Of a DNA stretch of 64,000 nucleotides, positions 63,098-64,000 are shown piece by piece. The notes beneath the pieces are model-generated. The model ran no database searches. It was not told where the DNA came from and saw only the letters and a list, made by a program, of their open reading frames with translations. Made by a program: the position numbers and the translations under genes. Source of the stretch: Takakia lepidozioides (taxonomy: Eukaryota > Plantae > Bryophyta); NCBI GenBank assembly GCA_030704615.1, contig CM060731.1:18476001-18540000 (forward strand), in the 5' to 3' direction. Numbering within the stretch: the stretch's first letter is position 1; every line of letters starts with the position of its first letter.

Positions 63098-64000
63098 TGC
63101 TCTCCCTTAGGCTTATCTTGGGCTCAAGCCTTACCACGGGCAAAGGATTGACAGACGGACAACAAGAATAGACGGGCAACATGTATTTTTAGCTTATACC
63201 TGTGTATGTATATATGTATAATTTATATATATACACATATATATTATATACAGAAATAAGTTAAAAATTATAGATTACAATTCAATTGAATTGTAGTCAG
63301 CAATTCAATTGAATTGCGCACTTTTAGGGGGTGATCAAGTGAATTGCGATGCATTTCACATCAAGGCCTTTTTGGAATTCCTTAGGCGGCCATGCATCAT
63401 CGCACTCTCTTTCCCTGCTACTAGATGCTTTATCCCTCCAAGCATATCCCACGGATCTAGCCGTCGTAGGGACGACATCCATCCGACTTAGCTTCAGACT
63501 AAATGGATGAGCTTTACCGGATGAACAGTAGCTTGGATGGAGAATCGAGGTGATGAGAAGGTCAGACGTGCGCAAGCGCGGTCGTCTTACTTGACCGCAG
63601 TCAAGATTTGGCGACACAGTGACCCGCGCGGCGACCGTGCGGCAGACTGCGCGCCGCTGGTCCCGGACCCGCGGCAAAAATGCAAGCACTGAACAGACAG
63701 AACGTAAGCATGTTGGCTTGCAAGGATATGGCAGTTGTCCCAAGGCTTCCACATTCTTTCTTCGGATTGATTCTGCGAGATGGGCTCTTCAGACTTGGCT
63801 TGCAATGGTTATAGATCTCACCCCGAATTGGGGTGGAGCATACAGGCCAGAAGAATGGCGGAGGGATCAAGGGGAGAGCAGACTGCGAAAATCGCAAAGT
63901 TTCCACAGTGGAGGTGGCTTCGAAAACATGCAGAACACCACCACCACCTCACGACTTTTCGATCATAAGTGTGAGAGGATGAAGGCACTGCTGGAGGATG

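Larger units (their letters stand above)
46337..63384. mobile_element. Foldback/MITE-like element with ~220-290-bp TIRs, split by hAT insertion
   Basis: 46337-46624 is the inverted copy of ~63165-63384 (GGAATTCCAAAAAGGCCTTGATGTG...CAATTCAATTGAATTG...CATGTTGCCCGTCTATTC). GGCGGC direct repeat flanks both ends. Confidence 0.85.

Overview
Repeat-rich nuclear DNA of a land plant, probably a non-seed plant (PLS-PPR/DYW fragments, YSL, SF3B6, CML, F-box). About 75% is transposon-derived. Apparently intact host genes: SF3B6/p14 (3614-3988), a fungal/bacterial-type DOPA 4,5-dioxygenase-family ORF (40561-40971), a calmodulin-like EF-hand gene (42263-42787) and a 2-exon NTF2-like gene (45114-46018). Highlights: (1) a decayed Ty3/Gypsy element whose pol carries a DNMT3-like C5-cytosine methyltransferase between protease and RT and ends in a PHD finger, nested in a hAT that is itself nested in a foldback element; (2) a Mutator-like element (9-bp TSD, inserted in an F-box gene) carrying a beta-class N4C/N6A methyltransferase-like relic plus a palindromic ~64-bp tandem array, with a second relic of the same family nearby; (3) one Copia insertion split into two oppositely oriented halves ~16-20 kb apart that still share a 5-bp TSD, which records an inversion; (4) two candidate fungal-derived genes. 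All family assignments come from motif recognition by eye; no searches were run.
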